This document shows, one piece after another, positions 1-9,745 of a stretch of DNA of 64,000 bases; position 1 is the first letter of the stretch, and each line of letters opens with the position of its first letter. The stretch is from the NCBI GenBank assembly GCA_030765145.1, contig JAVCDA010000046.1, positions 6,142 through 70,141 of the forward strand, given 5' to 3'. The DNA comes from Candidatus Saelkia tenebricola (GTDB lineage: Bacteria; Omnitrophota; Gorgyraeia; Kaelpiales; Kaelpiaceae). The notes under the pieces are model-generated. The model was not told the DNA's origin and made no database searches. It was given only the letters and a program-made list of their open reading frames with translations. The translations under genes and the position numbers were made by a program.

Positions 1-264
1 GCGGAAGATATTGGAGAGAGATTTTTTAGAATTGTGCGTGAGAGAATTCTAGAATTGAATCCGGATTATATAATAATACTTTCTGAAAATAGTAATGTTA
101 GTTTAAAGCAGTGGATGAAATTCCAGTTTTTAAAAGCTGTTTCTGATAAAAATTTGATTATTCTAAGCCCTGATTTGTTTTCTCGGCCTAATCCGGTTTC
201 TTTTGTAAATGCGGTGTTTGTTTTGGCAGAACATATCTATGGAGATAGTTGGCGTGAAAATTAA
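1..264 (+). CDS. ABC transporter substrate-binding protein (BtuF/cobalamin-siderophore type), 5'-truncated by window edge
   Basis: Frame open from base 1 to TAA 262-264; C-terminal 'ERILELNPDYIII...AV...PDLFSRP' typical of helical-backbone binding proteins; precedes permease and ATPase. Confidence 0.75.
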   Translation, partial: AEDIGERFFRIVRERILELNPDYIIILSENSNVSLKQWMKFQFLKAVSDKNLIILSPDLFSRPNPVSFVNAVFVLAEHIYGDSWREN

Positions 265-1252
265 AATATTTGCGTTAATAGTTATATTGATTATTGTGTT
301 TTTTTTAGCTTTAAAAATCGGTGTTGTAGATCTTAGCTGGGGGCAAATTTATTCAGCTATAATTTCAGTTATAAAAGGTGTGAATGAAGAATCATTGTGT
401 TTTTCTATCATTAGAGAGATTCGTTTGCCACGAGTTTTGATTGCTTTAATTGTAGGTGCAGGGCTTGCTGTCAGCGGGGCTATATTTCAATCTGTTTTAA
501 GAAATCCTTTGGCGGAACCTTATACGCTGGGAGTTTCAGGCGGAGCATGTTTAGGCGTGGCTTTAGTTACTGTTTTAGGCGGGTATAAATTATTTTTTCT
601 ACTTCCTTTGGCAGGATGGTTAGGAGCAGGAATGTCAGTTTTTATTGTGTATTTTCTCGCTGTGAGACGTGGTTTCTCAACAATTAGCCTTATTCTTTCA
701 GGTATTGTAATCAATTTTTTGTTTTCATCGTTTGTATTAATTTTATTTGCTTTTCTAAAACCCAGTCAGGTTCAGTCTATGATACTTTGGTTGATGGGGG
801 ATTTATCAGGAGCGAATTTCAATTCTGTAAAAATAGGATATGTTGTTATTATACCTTGTCTTATAATTAGCATAGTTTTCACCAAGAGACTGGATATCCT
901 TGGGCTAGGTGATGAGAAAGCATATTCTTTGGGGTTAGACGCTAAGAGGAATAAGAAGTATTTCTATCTTTTAGCATCTACTATCACGGGAACATGCATA
1001 GCTCTTAGTGGAGTTATTGGATTTGTAGGGCTTCTTATCCCTCATTTGATGCGAAGATTCTTCGGCATACCTAATAAAATGGTTTTAATAGCAAGCTCTT
1101 TGGCAGGGGCTGTGTTCCTTTTATTATCCGATACTATTGCAAGGAGTATTATTTCTCCGCAGGAGTTGCCGGTTGGGGTTATAACAGGTTTAATAGGAGG
1201 AGTGTTTTTCTTATTATTGCTTGTTTTAGGTAGGGAGTGGAAAATTGGATAA
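254..1252 (+). CDS. FecCD/BtuC-family ABC permease
   Basis: 'IRLPRVL', 'RNPLAEPYTLGVSGGA', 'GFVGLLIPH' motifs; hydrophobic; start placed at GTG 254 behind GGAG (ORF track starts at 209). Confidence 0.9.
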   Translation: MKIKIFALIVILIIVFFLALKIGVVDLSWGQIYSAIISVIKGVNEESLCFSIIREIRLPRVLIALIVGAGLAVSGAIFQSVLRNPLAEPYTLGVSGGACLGVALVTVLGGYKLFFLLPLAGWLGAGMSVFIVYFLAVRRGFSTISLILSGIVINFLFSSFVLILFAFLKPSQVQSMILWLMGDLSGANFNSVKIGYVVIIPCLIISIVFTKRLDILGLGDEKAYSLGLDAKRNKKYFYLLASTITGTCIALSGVIGFVGLLIPHLMRRFFGIPNKMVLIASSLAGAVFLLLSDTIARSIISPQELPVGVITGLIGGVFFLLLLVLGREWKIG

Positions 1253-2021
1253 TTTGCTTGAAATAAAAAATGTTTTTTCAGGATATAATAAAAAACCGGT
1301 AATAAAAGGTATAAGTTTTGAAGTTGCCAAAGGAGAATTTATAGGTTTAATCGGTCCTAATGGGGCAGGGAAGAGCACTCTTTTTAAGACTTTAAATGGA
1401 ATTTTGCCCATTTTAAAAGGTGAGGTTTATTATCAAGGGGCTGATTTAACCAAGATGAACTTGAATGAAAGGGCGAGGAGAATTGCTGTGCTTCCACAGG
1501 TTTTTAAAGTGCAGTTTTCTTACACAGTTGAAGAGTTTATATTTTTGGGCAGGTTTCCTTATTCAGAAAGATTTAGGTGTTTTTCTAAAAAAGATGAAAC
1601 AGTTGTTTGTAAATCTATAGAGATGCTTTCATTGCAGAAAATAAGAAATAGAAAGATAAATGAGTTATCAGGAGGGGAATTGCAGAAAGTTTTAGTTGCT
1701 CAGGCTTTTGTTCAAGAACCTGAGCTATTACTGTTAGATGAGCCGACTTCACATCTTGATATCGGTGGGCAGGTTGAAATAATGAATACACTTAGAGATT
1801 TCAATGAAAACGGGCTCACGGTTATTTCTGTGCTACATGATTTAAATCTGGCATCTGAATATTGCAATAGGCTGATACTTTTAAATAACGGAGAGCTTAT
1901 TAAAAATGGAACGCCTCAGGAGGTTATGGATTATCAATTGATCGAGCAGGTTTATAAGGCCAGGGTTGTAATAAAAGAAAATCCTTATTCCAATAAGCCG
2001 TTTCTGATATTATATAATTGA
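1245..2021 (+). CDS. ABC ATPase (FecE/BtuD type)
   Basis: Walker A GPNGAGKS, signature LSGGE, Walker B LLLLDEP, H-loop LHDLN; TTG start. Confidence 0.92.
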   Translation: MDNLLEIKNVFSGYNKKPVIKGISFEVAKGEFIGLIGPNGAGKSTLFKTLNGILPILKGEVYYQGADLTKMNLNERARRIAVLPQVFKVQFSYTVEEFIFLGRFPYSERFRCFSKKDETVVCKSIEMLSLQKIRNRKINELSGGELQKVLVAQAFVQEPELLLLDEPTSHLDIGGQVEIMNTLRDFNENGLTVISVLHDLNLASEYCNRLILLNNGELIKNGTPQEVMDYQLIEQVYKARVVIKENPYSNKPFLILYN

Positions 2022-2062
2022 AAGGCAAGGAGTAAGCTGTATATTCACTAAAGGAGGTTGGT

Positions 2063-3178
2063 ATGAAAATTCTTGTTACCGGTGGGGCTGGATTTATCGG
2101 GTCTTATTTAGTAGACGGACTTATTAAAAACGGCTATGAAGTTATAGTCTATGACAATTTGGAAGAACAGGTTCATCAAGGTAAAACCCCCTCTTATTTA
2201 AATAAAGATGCTCAATATGTCTGGGCTGATGTAGGAGATTATGATTCTTTTAAAAAAGTGCTCTCTAATGTTGAAGGTGTTTTTCATTTTGCTTCTATGG
2301 TTGGAGTTGGTCAATCTCAGTACAGAATAAAAAAATATATGGAAGTCAATGATATCGGAACGGCAAATTTATGGGATATTTTGGTAAATAATAAGCACAA
2401 AGTTAAAAAAGTTATTGTAAGTGCTTCAATGTCCAGTTACGGAGAAGGGTTATATAACTGTAAAAATTGTGGAAGTATTAAACCGCCTTTAAGGGAAGAA
2501 GATCAACTTAAAAATAAAGATTGGGAACTTTATTGTCCTCATTGCCGGGAGAGATTAACTACTATACCAACGGGTGAAAAGGCACCTCTATCACCTAATT
2601 CTATTTATGCTTTAAGTAAGAGAATACAGGAAGATATTTCTTTGCTATTGGGAAAGACTTATGATATTCCTGTTGCATCTTTACGGTTTTTTAATGCATA
2701 TGGGGCGAGGCAATCTCTTTCTAATCCTTATACGGGGGTGTGTGCGATTTTTATATCCCGGTTAAAAAATGATAAATCTCCTGTTGTGTTTGAGGATGGC
2801 AATCAAAGCAGAGATTTTATTTCTGTACACGATATTGTTAGAGCAGCTATTTTAGCCTTAGAGAAGGACGAGGCCAATTATGAGGTGTGTAATATAGGTA
2901 GCGGTAGTCCTATAGCGATTAAAGAGATGGGGTATCTTTTATCCCGTTTGCTTAATAAGGATATAAAACCTTCTATCCCAGGAAGTTATAGGAAAGGTGA
3001 TGTTAGGTATTGTTACGCAGATATTGCAAATGCTAAAAGGGTTCTTGGTTGGAGCCCGGAAGTGGATATTTCAACCGGATTGAAAGAATTGATTGAATGG
3101 GCTAAAACGGAGCCTTCTTTTGATGAATTTGATAAGGCATATGAGGAGCTAATTCAGAAAAAGCTACTTGAACTTTAA
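2063..3178 (+). CDS. NAD-dependent epimerase/dehydratase (extended SDR) with Cys4 insertion
   Basis: TGGAGFIG, YALSK catalytic motif, 'DGNQSRDF'; strong SD AAAGGAGGT. Confidence 0.9.
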   Translation: MKILVTGGAGFIGSYLVDGLIKNGYEVIVYDNLEEQVHQGKTPSYLNKDAQYVWADVGDYDSFKKVLSNVEGVFHFASMVGVGQSQYRIKKYMEVNDIGTANLWDILVNNKHKVKKVIVSASMSSYGEGLYNCKNCGSIKPPLREEDQLKNKDWELYCPHCRERLTTIPTGEKAPLSPNSIYALSKRIQEDISLLLGKTYDIPVASLRFFNAYGARQSLSNPYTGVCAIFISRLKNDKSPVVFEDGNQSRDFISVHDIVRAAILALEKDEANYEVCNIGSGSPIAIKEMGYLLSRLLNKDIKPSIPGSYRKGDVRYCYADIANAKRVLGWSPEVDISTGLKELIEWAKTEPSFDEFDKAYEELIQKKLLEL

Positions 3179-3180
3179 TT

Positions 3181-4122
3181 ATGAAAGTTTTAATTGCAGG
3201 AGGGGCAGGTTTTATCGGTTCTAATTTTACACGGCTTTTACTTACAAAGGGGTATAAAGTTTGCGTTATCGATAAGTTGACTTATGCTGGAAGAAAGGCA
3301 AACTTAAAAGGTGTTTTAAAAGATATAAAATTTATAAAGGGTGATATCACTTGTTCTGGGGATGTTGAAAAGGCTGTTAAAGGGTGCAATGTGGTTATCA
3401 ATTTTGCGGCGGAGAGCCATGTTGATAAAAGCATTAAAAATGCAGGGGAATTTGTGGAAACTAATTTTTACGGAAGCTATGTTCTATTATCCAGAGCTTT
3501 AAAAGAAAAAATAGATTTATTTCTGCAAATTTCAAGCGATGAGGTATATGGAAGCTTAATAAAAGGAAGTTGCAAAGAAACTGCTGTTTTAAATCCAACA
3601 TCTCCTTATGCTGCTACTAAGGCAAGTGCAGATTTACTCTGCTTGTCTTTTCATAAAACATATGGCTTGCCTGTTATAATTACACGATCGTCTAATAATT
3701 ATGGGTCCTATCAATATCCTGAAAAATTAATTCCTCTATCTGTTATTAAAGCTATTAGGGGTGAGAAAATCCCTCTTTATGGAAACGGCAGTAATATCAG
3801 GGATTGGATAGATGTAGGAGATAATTGTCGGGCGATTGAGCTAATTTTAAGTAAAGGGGAGGCGGGTGAGATTTATAATATTTCTTCTGGTGTAAAGAAG
3901 AAGAATATTGATGTTGTAAGAGGGATTATTAAACATCTAAATAAAAAAATGAGCTTAATAAAATATGTAAAAGACAGACCGAATAACGATTATAGGTATT
4001 CTATGAATTCCTCTAAGGTTCAATTTTTAGGGTGGATTCCATTGATAAAGTTTGATGATGGATTCAAGAAAACGATAGATTGGTATTATGATAATAAAGA
4101 TTGGTGGAAAAAAGTTGTCTAA
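3181..4122 (+). CDS. rfbB: dTDP-glucose 4,6-dehydratase
   Basis: GGAGFIG, 'DKLTYAG', 'NFAAESHVDKSI', 'SSDEVYG', 'SPYAATK', 'SNNYG..QYPEKLIP'. Confidence 0.9.
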   Translation: MKVLIAGGAGFIGSNFTRLLLTKGYKVCVIDKLTYAGRKANLKGVLKDIKFIKGDITCSGDVEKAVKGCNVVINFAAESHVDKSIKNAGEFVETNFYGSYVLLSRALKEKIDLFLQISSDEVYGSLIKGSCKETAVLNPTSPYAATKASADLLCLSFHKTYGLPVIITRSSNNYGSYQYPEKLIPLSVIKAIRGEKIPLYGNGSNIRDWIDVGDNCRAIELILSKGEAGEIYNISSGVKKKNIDVVRGIIKHLNKKMSLIKYVKDRPNNDYRYSMNSSKVQFLGWIPLIKFDDGFKKTIDWYYDNKDWWKKVV

Positions 4123-4753
4123 GGTAAAGCTTGTGATATTTGATTTGGACGGGACACTTGTTAACGCATACCGTGCAATAGAAGTTTCGCTTAATTATAC
4201 CCGGGCTAGATTTAATTTACCTAATGTCGGTTATAGAACAATTAAGGCATCGGTAGGGGGAGGAGATAAAAATTTTATAGCATTCTTTTTCCCTCTTAAT
4301 TTAGTCGAGAAAGCTTTGGCTGTTTATAGGAAAAAACATGCCCGGGAGTTGATTAATAGCGTGAAGCTTTTGCCTCATTCGGTAAGTATTTTATCTTATT
4401 TAAAACGCAATAATTATTTAATTGCCATAGCCAGTAACCGGCCGACTTTTTTTACAGAGTTGATATTAAGACATCTTAAACTCAATAGGTTCATCGATTA
4501 TGTTTTATGTGCAGATAAAATCAATAAATTAAAACCTGATCCTCAGATTCTGTTTGATGTTATGAAAAAGCTTAAATGTTCTCCTGGTGAATCTATTTAT
4601 GTCGGAGATATGGCAATAGATGTGGAAACCGCTAAAAATGCCAAGATTAAGGCTATAGCTGTTAGAACAGGTTCGAGTAGTGCTCAAGAGTTAGAGAATA
4701 AAAAGCCCTTTTTTATCCTGGATAATCTAAAGCTTCTTCGTGATTTGCTATAG
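4115..4753 (+). CDS. HAD-superfamily hydrolase (phosphoglycolate phosphatase-like)
   Basis: Motif I FDLDGTL, 'KPDP', 'YVGD..ID'; likely TTG start at 4115. Confidence 0.85.
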   Translation: MSKVKLVIFDLDGTLVNAYRAIEVSLNYTRARFNLPNVGYRTIKASVGGGDKNFIAFFFPLNLVEKALAVYRKKHARELINSVKLLPHSVSILSYLKRNNYLIAIASNRPTFFTELILRHLKLNRFIDYVLCADKINKLKPDPQILFDVMKKLKCSPGESIYVGDMAIDVETAKNAKIKAIAVRTGSSSAQELENKKPFFILDNLKLLRDLL

Positions 4754-4781
4754 TTTTTTTTAAATAAACAGAGAAATATGC

Positions 4782-4811
4782 TTGACAAGAAAATGTGGTT
4801 TGTTGTATATT
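4782..4811 (+). promoter_or_regulatory. sigma70-type promoter of heat-shock operon
   Basis: TTGACA (4782-87), 18-bp spacer, TATATT (4806-11). Confidence 0.7.
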
Positions 4812-4837
4812 TAGCACTCGTAATAAAAGAGTGCTAA
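4811..4837 (+). promoter_or_regulatory. CIRCE operator (HrcA binding site)
   Basis: Perfect consensus TTAGCACTC-N9-GAGTGCTAA 10 bp upstream of hrcA. Confidence 0.98.
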
Positions 4838-4847
4838 AGAGGTTGTT

Positions 4848-5897
4848 ATGTTAAATACAGAAAAAACAGAAGAAAGGAAGAAAAAAATACTTACAAGTAT
4901 AGTGAAGACTTATATTGAAACGGCTTCTCCGGTTGCTTCTAAGATGTTAGTTTCCAAGTATAGGCTTGATTTCAGTCCTGCAACTGTGAGAAATATTATG
5001 GCTGAGTTGGAAGATATGGGGTACTTGCAACATCTACATACATCATCGGGTAGAATACCCACTGATAAGGGGTATAGACATTATGTGGATACTATTATGG
5101 AAACCCAGCAGCTTACGCCCTCAGAAAAGAAAAAGATATTGATGAAGCTTATCAATGCTCAGTGGGAAGAAATGGAAAATTTGTTGGAAAGCGCACTGAA
5201 TGTGGTATCTAATTATACTAATCAAATGAGTGTTCTGGTGTATTATCGGGCTCGGAATATTTATGTCGAGAAAATAGATTTGATTTATATCAATAAACTT
5301 AGAATTCTTTTTATCATCGTGGCTGATTCTGGAGATGTTGTACATCTTTTTATTGAAGATGAGAATCTTCCCAAAATTGATGAGTTAAGCAAATTGTTAA
5401 ATTTTGTAAATAGCGAATTAAAAGGAGAGGCTTTAAATGATATAAAAAATAAGATAAAAAAGAATCTTATTTCTTCGCATAATCCTTTTTACCATGTTTT
5501 TTCCAATTTGTTAATACTATTGATAGAAGCTTTGGAAAATATAGAAGAGAAGGCATTCTTATATCAGGGGACAAATAAAATAACTAAGTGTCCAGAGTTC
5601 AATAATGTAAGTGTTTTGCATAATATTATCGATATGTTGGAAAAAGAGGTTGAACTCGTTAAAATGTTGGAAAGCGATTTTAAAGGTTCTGATATAAGTA
5701 TCCACATCGGTAGAGAAAATCCATATCAATGTGCGCACAATTGCTGTATAATCTCAGCTCAATACAAACTTAAAGGTAGAGTATTGGGTACTATAGGTGT
5801 TTTGGGACCTACACGATTGCCTTACGGTAGGACGGTATCTGTTGTAAAATACGTTTCTGAAATTCTGGGCCAGGCATTGGAGAGCGCATTATTTTAA
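4848..5897 (+). CDS. hrcA: heat-inducible transcription repressor HrcA
   Basis: 'SPATVRNIMAELEDMGYLQHLHTSSGRIPTDKGYRHYVD', 'GTIGVLGPTR'; CIRCE upstream. Confidence 0.97.
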   Translation: MLNTEKTEERKKKILTSIVKTYIETASPVASKMLVSKYRLDFSPATVRNIMAELEDMGYLQHLHTSSGRIPTDKGYRHYVDTIMETQQLTPSEKKKILMKLINAQWEEMENLLESALNVVSNYTNQMSVLVYYRARNIYVEKIDLIYINKLRILFIIVADSGDVVHLFIEDENLPKIDELSKLLNFVNSELKGEALNDIKNKIKKNLISSHNPFYHVFSNLLILLIEALENIEEKAFLYQGTNKITKCPEFNNVSVLHNIIDMLEKEVELVKMLESDFKGSDISIHIGRENPYQCAHNCCIISAQYKLKGRVLGTIGVLGPTRLPYGRTVSVVKYVSEILGQALESALF

Positions 5898-5911
5898 AGG
5901 AGATAAGTATT

Positions 5912-6496
5912 ATGACTAAAAGAAAACATGATTCAGGTTTCAAGAAAGAACATCTTGAGAATAAAGATTTAGATAAAACAACCGGGAAAGATACTCCTAA
6001 TACAAAGCAGGTGAAACTGGATTTGAATGAAATGGAGGATAAATGGTTGCGTGCGGCTGCAGAGCTTGAGAATTATAAGAAAAAATGGTCGAAAGAAAAG
6101 AATGAATTAATAACATATATTCGGGTTGAATTTATGAAAGAGTTTCTTCCGTTATTGGACCATTTTGAAAATGCAATGCAGATTTTGCCGGAAGAAAAAG
6201 ATGATTTTGAAAAAGGGATTGAGATAATTTTCAGTGAAGTAAATAATGTCTTTTCTCGATATGGGTTGACTAAGATAGATAATTTAGTAGGAGAGGATTT
6301 TAATCCCTTTGAACAGGAAGCAATTGGTTATGAAGAAAACGAAGAATTTTCAGAAGGTAAAGTTATAGAAGTTTTAAGAGCGGGTTATAAGTTAGATGAG
6401 TTGCTCTTAAGACCTGCCTGGGTTAAGGTGTCTAAAGGTAGGAACATAGAAGATGAAACTACAGATGTTAAGCAGGATGTTTTAAACGGTGAATAA
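5912..6496 (+). CDS. grpE: nucleotide exchange factor GrpE
   Basis: 'LRAAAELENYKK', 'FNP..QEAI', 'GYKL...LLRPAWVKV'; operon position. Confidence 0.95.
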   Translation: MTKRKHDSGFKKEHLENKDLDKTTGKDTPNTKQVKLDLNEMEDKWLRAAAELENYKKKWSKEKNELITYIRVEFMKEFLPLLDHFENAMQILPEEKDDFEKGIEIIFSEVNNVFSRYGLTKIDNLVGEDFNPFEQEAIGYEENEEFSEGKVIEVLRAGYKLDELLLRPAWVKVSKGRNIEDETTDVKQDVLNGE

Positions 6497-6535
6497 TGGT
6501 AAAAATATTGTTTATTAAATCAAGGAGGTGTAAAA

Positions 6536-8461
6536 ATGGCTAAAGCAATAGGAATTGATCTTGGAACTACAAATTCAGTAATAGGGATATTTGAAGCAGG
6601 TGAACCTAAAGTCATAGCTAACAAAGAAGGTTCTCGTTTGACTCCCTCGGTTGTGGCATTTACTAAGACAGGAGATATTTTAGCAGGAGGACCTGCTAAA
6701 AGGCAGGCTGTTACTAATGCAGAAAATACTGTTTTCTCCATTAAGAGGTTTATGGGTAGACGTTATGAAGAGGTTAATGAAGAAATGAAAATGGTGCCTT
6801 ACAAGGTAATGAAAGCCGAAAACGGAGATGCCAGGATTCAGATAGGTGATAAAGTTTATTCACCGCCGGAAATTTCTGCTTCTGTATTAAGAAAATTAAA
6901 GGAAGATGCTGAGGAATATTTAGGTGAAAAAGTTACCCAGGCAGTTATTACAGTTCCTGCTTACTTTAATGACTCTCAGCGTCAGGCGACTAAAGATGCA
7001 GGTGTGATTGCAGGATTAGAGGTGTTAAGAATCATCAATGAGCCTACGGCTGCTGCTTTAGCCTATGGTTTGGATAAGAAAAAAAGTGGGAAAATTGCAA
7101 TATATGATTTTGGAGGAGGAACATTCGATGTTTCTATTTTGGAGATTGACGGGACAATAGTTGAGGTAAAATCGACATCTGGAGATACGCATTTAGGAGG
7201 AGATAACATTGATCAAAGAATCATAGATTGGATTGCAGACGAATTCAAGCAGAAGGAATCGATAGACTTAAGGCAGGATAGGATGGCGCTACAAAGATTA
7301 AAGGAAGCAGCGGAGAAAGCAAAATGCGAGCTTTCTTTCGGTTTGCAAGCTGAGATTAATCTTCCCTTTGTTACTGCAGATCAAGCTGGACCGAAACATT
7401 TAACAATGACTTTAACACGTGCAAAGCTGGAGTCTCTTTGTATAGATATCTTAGAAAGAACTATAAATCCATGTCGACAGGCTTTAAAAGATGCCAAATT
7501 GACACCGGAAGATATAGACGAAGTAGTTTTAGTCGGAGGACAGACTAGAATGCCTAAAGTTGAAGAGATTGTAAAAGGAATTTTTGGTAAAGAACCTCAC
7601 AAAGGTGTTAATCCTGATGAGGTTGTGGCTTTAGGTGCTGCTATTCAGGTTGGTGTTATTGTAGGAGACGGTGCTGTTAAGGATATTTTACTGCTGGATG
7701 TAACACCTCTTTCTTTAGGGCTTGAGACGCTGGGAGGGGTTATGACTACACTGATTCCGCGTAATACAACAATTCCGACTAAAAAGAGTGAAACTTTTAC
7801 AACTGCAGCAGATAGCCAGACTAATGTGGAGGTTCATGTTTTACAGGGAGAACGTCCTATGGCACGTGATAACAGGTCTCTGGGGAGATTTATCTTGGAA
7901 GGTATTCCTGCAGCACCTCGGGGAATTCCTCAGATAGAGGTTTCTTTTGACATAGATAGAAATGGGATTTTGCATGTTACTGCTAAAGATAAAGGTACCG
8001 GTAAAGAAAATAAGATAAGAATAGAGTCTTCCAGCGGTTTAGAGAAAAACGAAGTGGAAAATCTGGTTAAAGATTCTGAAGCGCATAGTGAGGAAGATAA
8101 GAAGAAAAAAGAGCTTATTGAAGTAAGAAATGAGTTTGATAGTGTAATTTACGGAACAGAGAAAACTTTAAAGGAATATGGAGATAAAATTCAGGAGACT
8201 GAAAAGAAGGCAGTAGAAGATGCTCTTAGTGCAGCCAAGCAGAAACTGTCTTCAGAAAATGTTCAAGAGATAAAAGATGCTAAAGATGCACTTATGAAGG
8301 TTTCACATAAATTGGCAGAAGAGATGTATAAAAAGACAGCAGCTCAGGAAGCACAAGATTCAGCTCCTCAGGAAGAGCCTCAGCAAGAGGAAAAAACACA
8401 AGAAGATGTAGATAAAAAAGATAAAGGAGATGTTATAGATGCGGAATTTAAAGAGGAATAA
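6536..8461 (+). CDS. dnaK: chaperone DnaK
   Basis: [34 protein letters not shown]. Confidence 0.99.
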   Translation: MAKAIGIDLGTTNSVIGIFEAGEPKVIANKEGSRLTPSVVAFTKTGDILAGGPAKRQAVTNAENTVFSIKRFMGRRYEEVNEEMKMVPYKVMKAENGDARIQIGDKVYSPPEISASVLRKLKEDAEEYLGEKVTQAVITVPAYFNDSQRQATKDAGVIAGLEVLRIINEPTAAALAYGLDKKKSGKIAIYDFGGGTFDVSILEIDGTIVEVKSTSGDTHLGGDNIDQRIIDWIADEFKQKESIDLRQDRMALQRLKEAAEKAKCELSFGLQAEINLPFVTADQAGPKHLTMTLTRAKLESLCIDILERTINPCRQALKDAKLTPEDIDEVVLVGGQTRMPKVEEIVKGIFGKEPHKGVNPDEVVALGAAIQVGVIVGDGAVKDILLLDVTPLSLGLETLGGVMTTLIPRNTTIPTKKSETFTTAADSQTNVEVHVLQGERPMARDNRSLGRFILEGIPAAPRGIPQIEVSFDIDRNGILHVTAKDKGTGKENKIRIESSSGLEKNEVENLVKDSEAHSEEDKKKKELIEVRNEFDSVIYGTEKTLKEYGDKIQETEKKAVEDALSAAKQKLSSENVQEIKDAKDALMKVSHKLAEEMYKKTAAQEAQDSAPQEEPQQEEKTQEDVDKKDKGDVIDAEFKEE

Positions 8462-8481
8462 ATGAGAATTCAAAATATAAT

Positions 8482-9639
8482 ATGAAAAAAGATTATTATG
8501 AAATATTAGGCATCTTACGAAATGCCAGCAAAGAAGATATTAAACAGGCTTTTCGTAAATTGGCACTGCAATATCATCCTGACAGGGTTGCTTCGGATAA
8601 AAAAGAGGAATCAGAGGAAAAATTCAAAGAGATTTCAGAAGCTTATGCAGTTCTTTCAGATGATGAGAAAAAAGCGCAGTATGATATGTATGGCCATGCA
8701 GGGATAAATTCTCACTACACACATGAAGATTTATTTCGAGGGGCGGATTTCTCAAGCATTTTTTCGGATTTGGGATTTGGTGGTGGCGGATCTTCAATAT
8801 TTGAACACTTGTTTGGGGGGGGTGATTTTTTTGGCTCATCTGGTGGAGGTAATTCAAGAAGGGTACATAGAGGAAGAGATTTAGAATTTACTGTGAATTT
8901 AGAGTTTAAAGAAGCTGTAAAAGGGGTAAACAAAACAATAAATTTTCCCTCTTACAAAGAATGTGCTTCTTGTCGAGGGACAGGAGATAAATCGGGCAAA
9001 CTTTCAACTTGTTCAAGTTGTCAGGGGAGCGGAAAAGTTTCTACACAAAAGAGTTTCTTTTCTCTTACTACAACATGTCCTCAGTGCAAGGGAGCGGGGT
9101 CTGTTGTAGCTAATCCATGTGTGAAGTGTGCTGGAATAGGGAGGATTCGCGATAACCAGAAGCTGGAGGTCAAAATTCCTGCAGGAGTAGATGATGGAAG
9201 TGTTTTAAGGCTTACAGGTAAAGGTGAACAGGGAAGGAAGGGAGGTGGTCCCGGAGACTTATACATACATATCAACGTAAAACCTCATCAGTTTTTTAAA
9301 CGGGAAATGCGGGATATAATTTTAAATGTTCCTATTACATGTATGGAGGCAATTTTAGGTGCTGAAATAAAAGTGCCGACAATTGAAGGTAGTGTAAAAA
9401 TGAAAATACCCTCTGGTACTCAAAACGGTAAGATGTTTAGAATAAAGGGTAAAGGTATACCAGATCCAAGGCGCGGAGGTAGAGGAGATCAATTGGTAAG
9501 AGTATTTGTTGAAATTCCCGTGAACTTGAACCGAAAGCAGAAAAAAAATCTGGAGGATATTAGTCGTGATATTTCAGGGAATAGCTATCCTGAAAAAGAG
9601 AATTATTTTAGAGTTTTGAAAAACGTGCCGCTTGATTGA
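8482..9639 (+). CDS. dnaJ: chaperone DnaJ
   Basis: J-domain HPD, G/F region, four CxxCxGxG repeats. Confidence 0.98.
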   Translation: MKKDYYEILGILRNASKEDIKQAFRKLALQYHPDRVASDKKEESEEKFKEISEAYAVLSDDEKKAQYDMYGHAGINSHYTHEDLFRGADFSSIFSDLGFGGGGSSIFEHLFGGGDFFGSSGGGNSRRVHRGRDLEFTVNLEFKEAVKGVNKTINFPSYKECASCRGTGDKSGKLSTCSSCQGSGKVSTQKSFFSLTTTCPQCKGAGSVVANPCVKCAGIGRIRDNQKLEVKIPAGVDDGSVLRLTGKGEQGRKGGGPGDLYIHINVKPHQFFKREMRDIILNVPITCMEAILGAEIKVPTIEGSVKMKIPSGTQNGKMFRIKGKGIPDPRRGGRGDQLVRVFVEIPVNLNRKQKKNLEDISRDISGNSYPEKENYFRVLKNVPLD

Positions 9640-9745
9640 TGAATTCTTTCTTTATTTTTTGTATGTTTTATATTATATCGGATAAAATAAATTGTGATTT
9701 CATTATTGAATGAATGGGTAAAGTTGTTTTAAAAATTGTGGCGAG

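Noticed and set aside
8335-8400. Short repeats (CTCAGGAAG) at the dnaK 3' end
   Set aside because: Encode the ordinary low-complexity Gln/Glu/Ala/Pro tail
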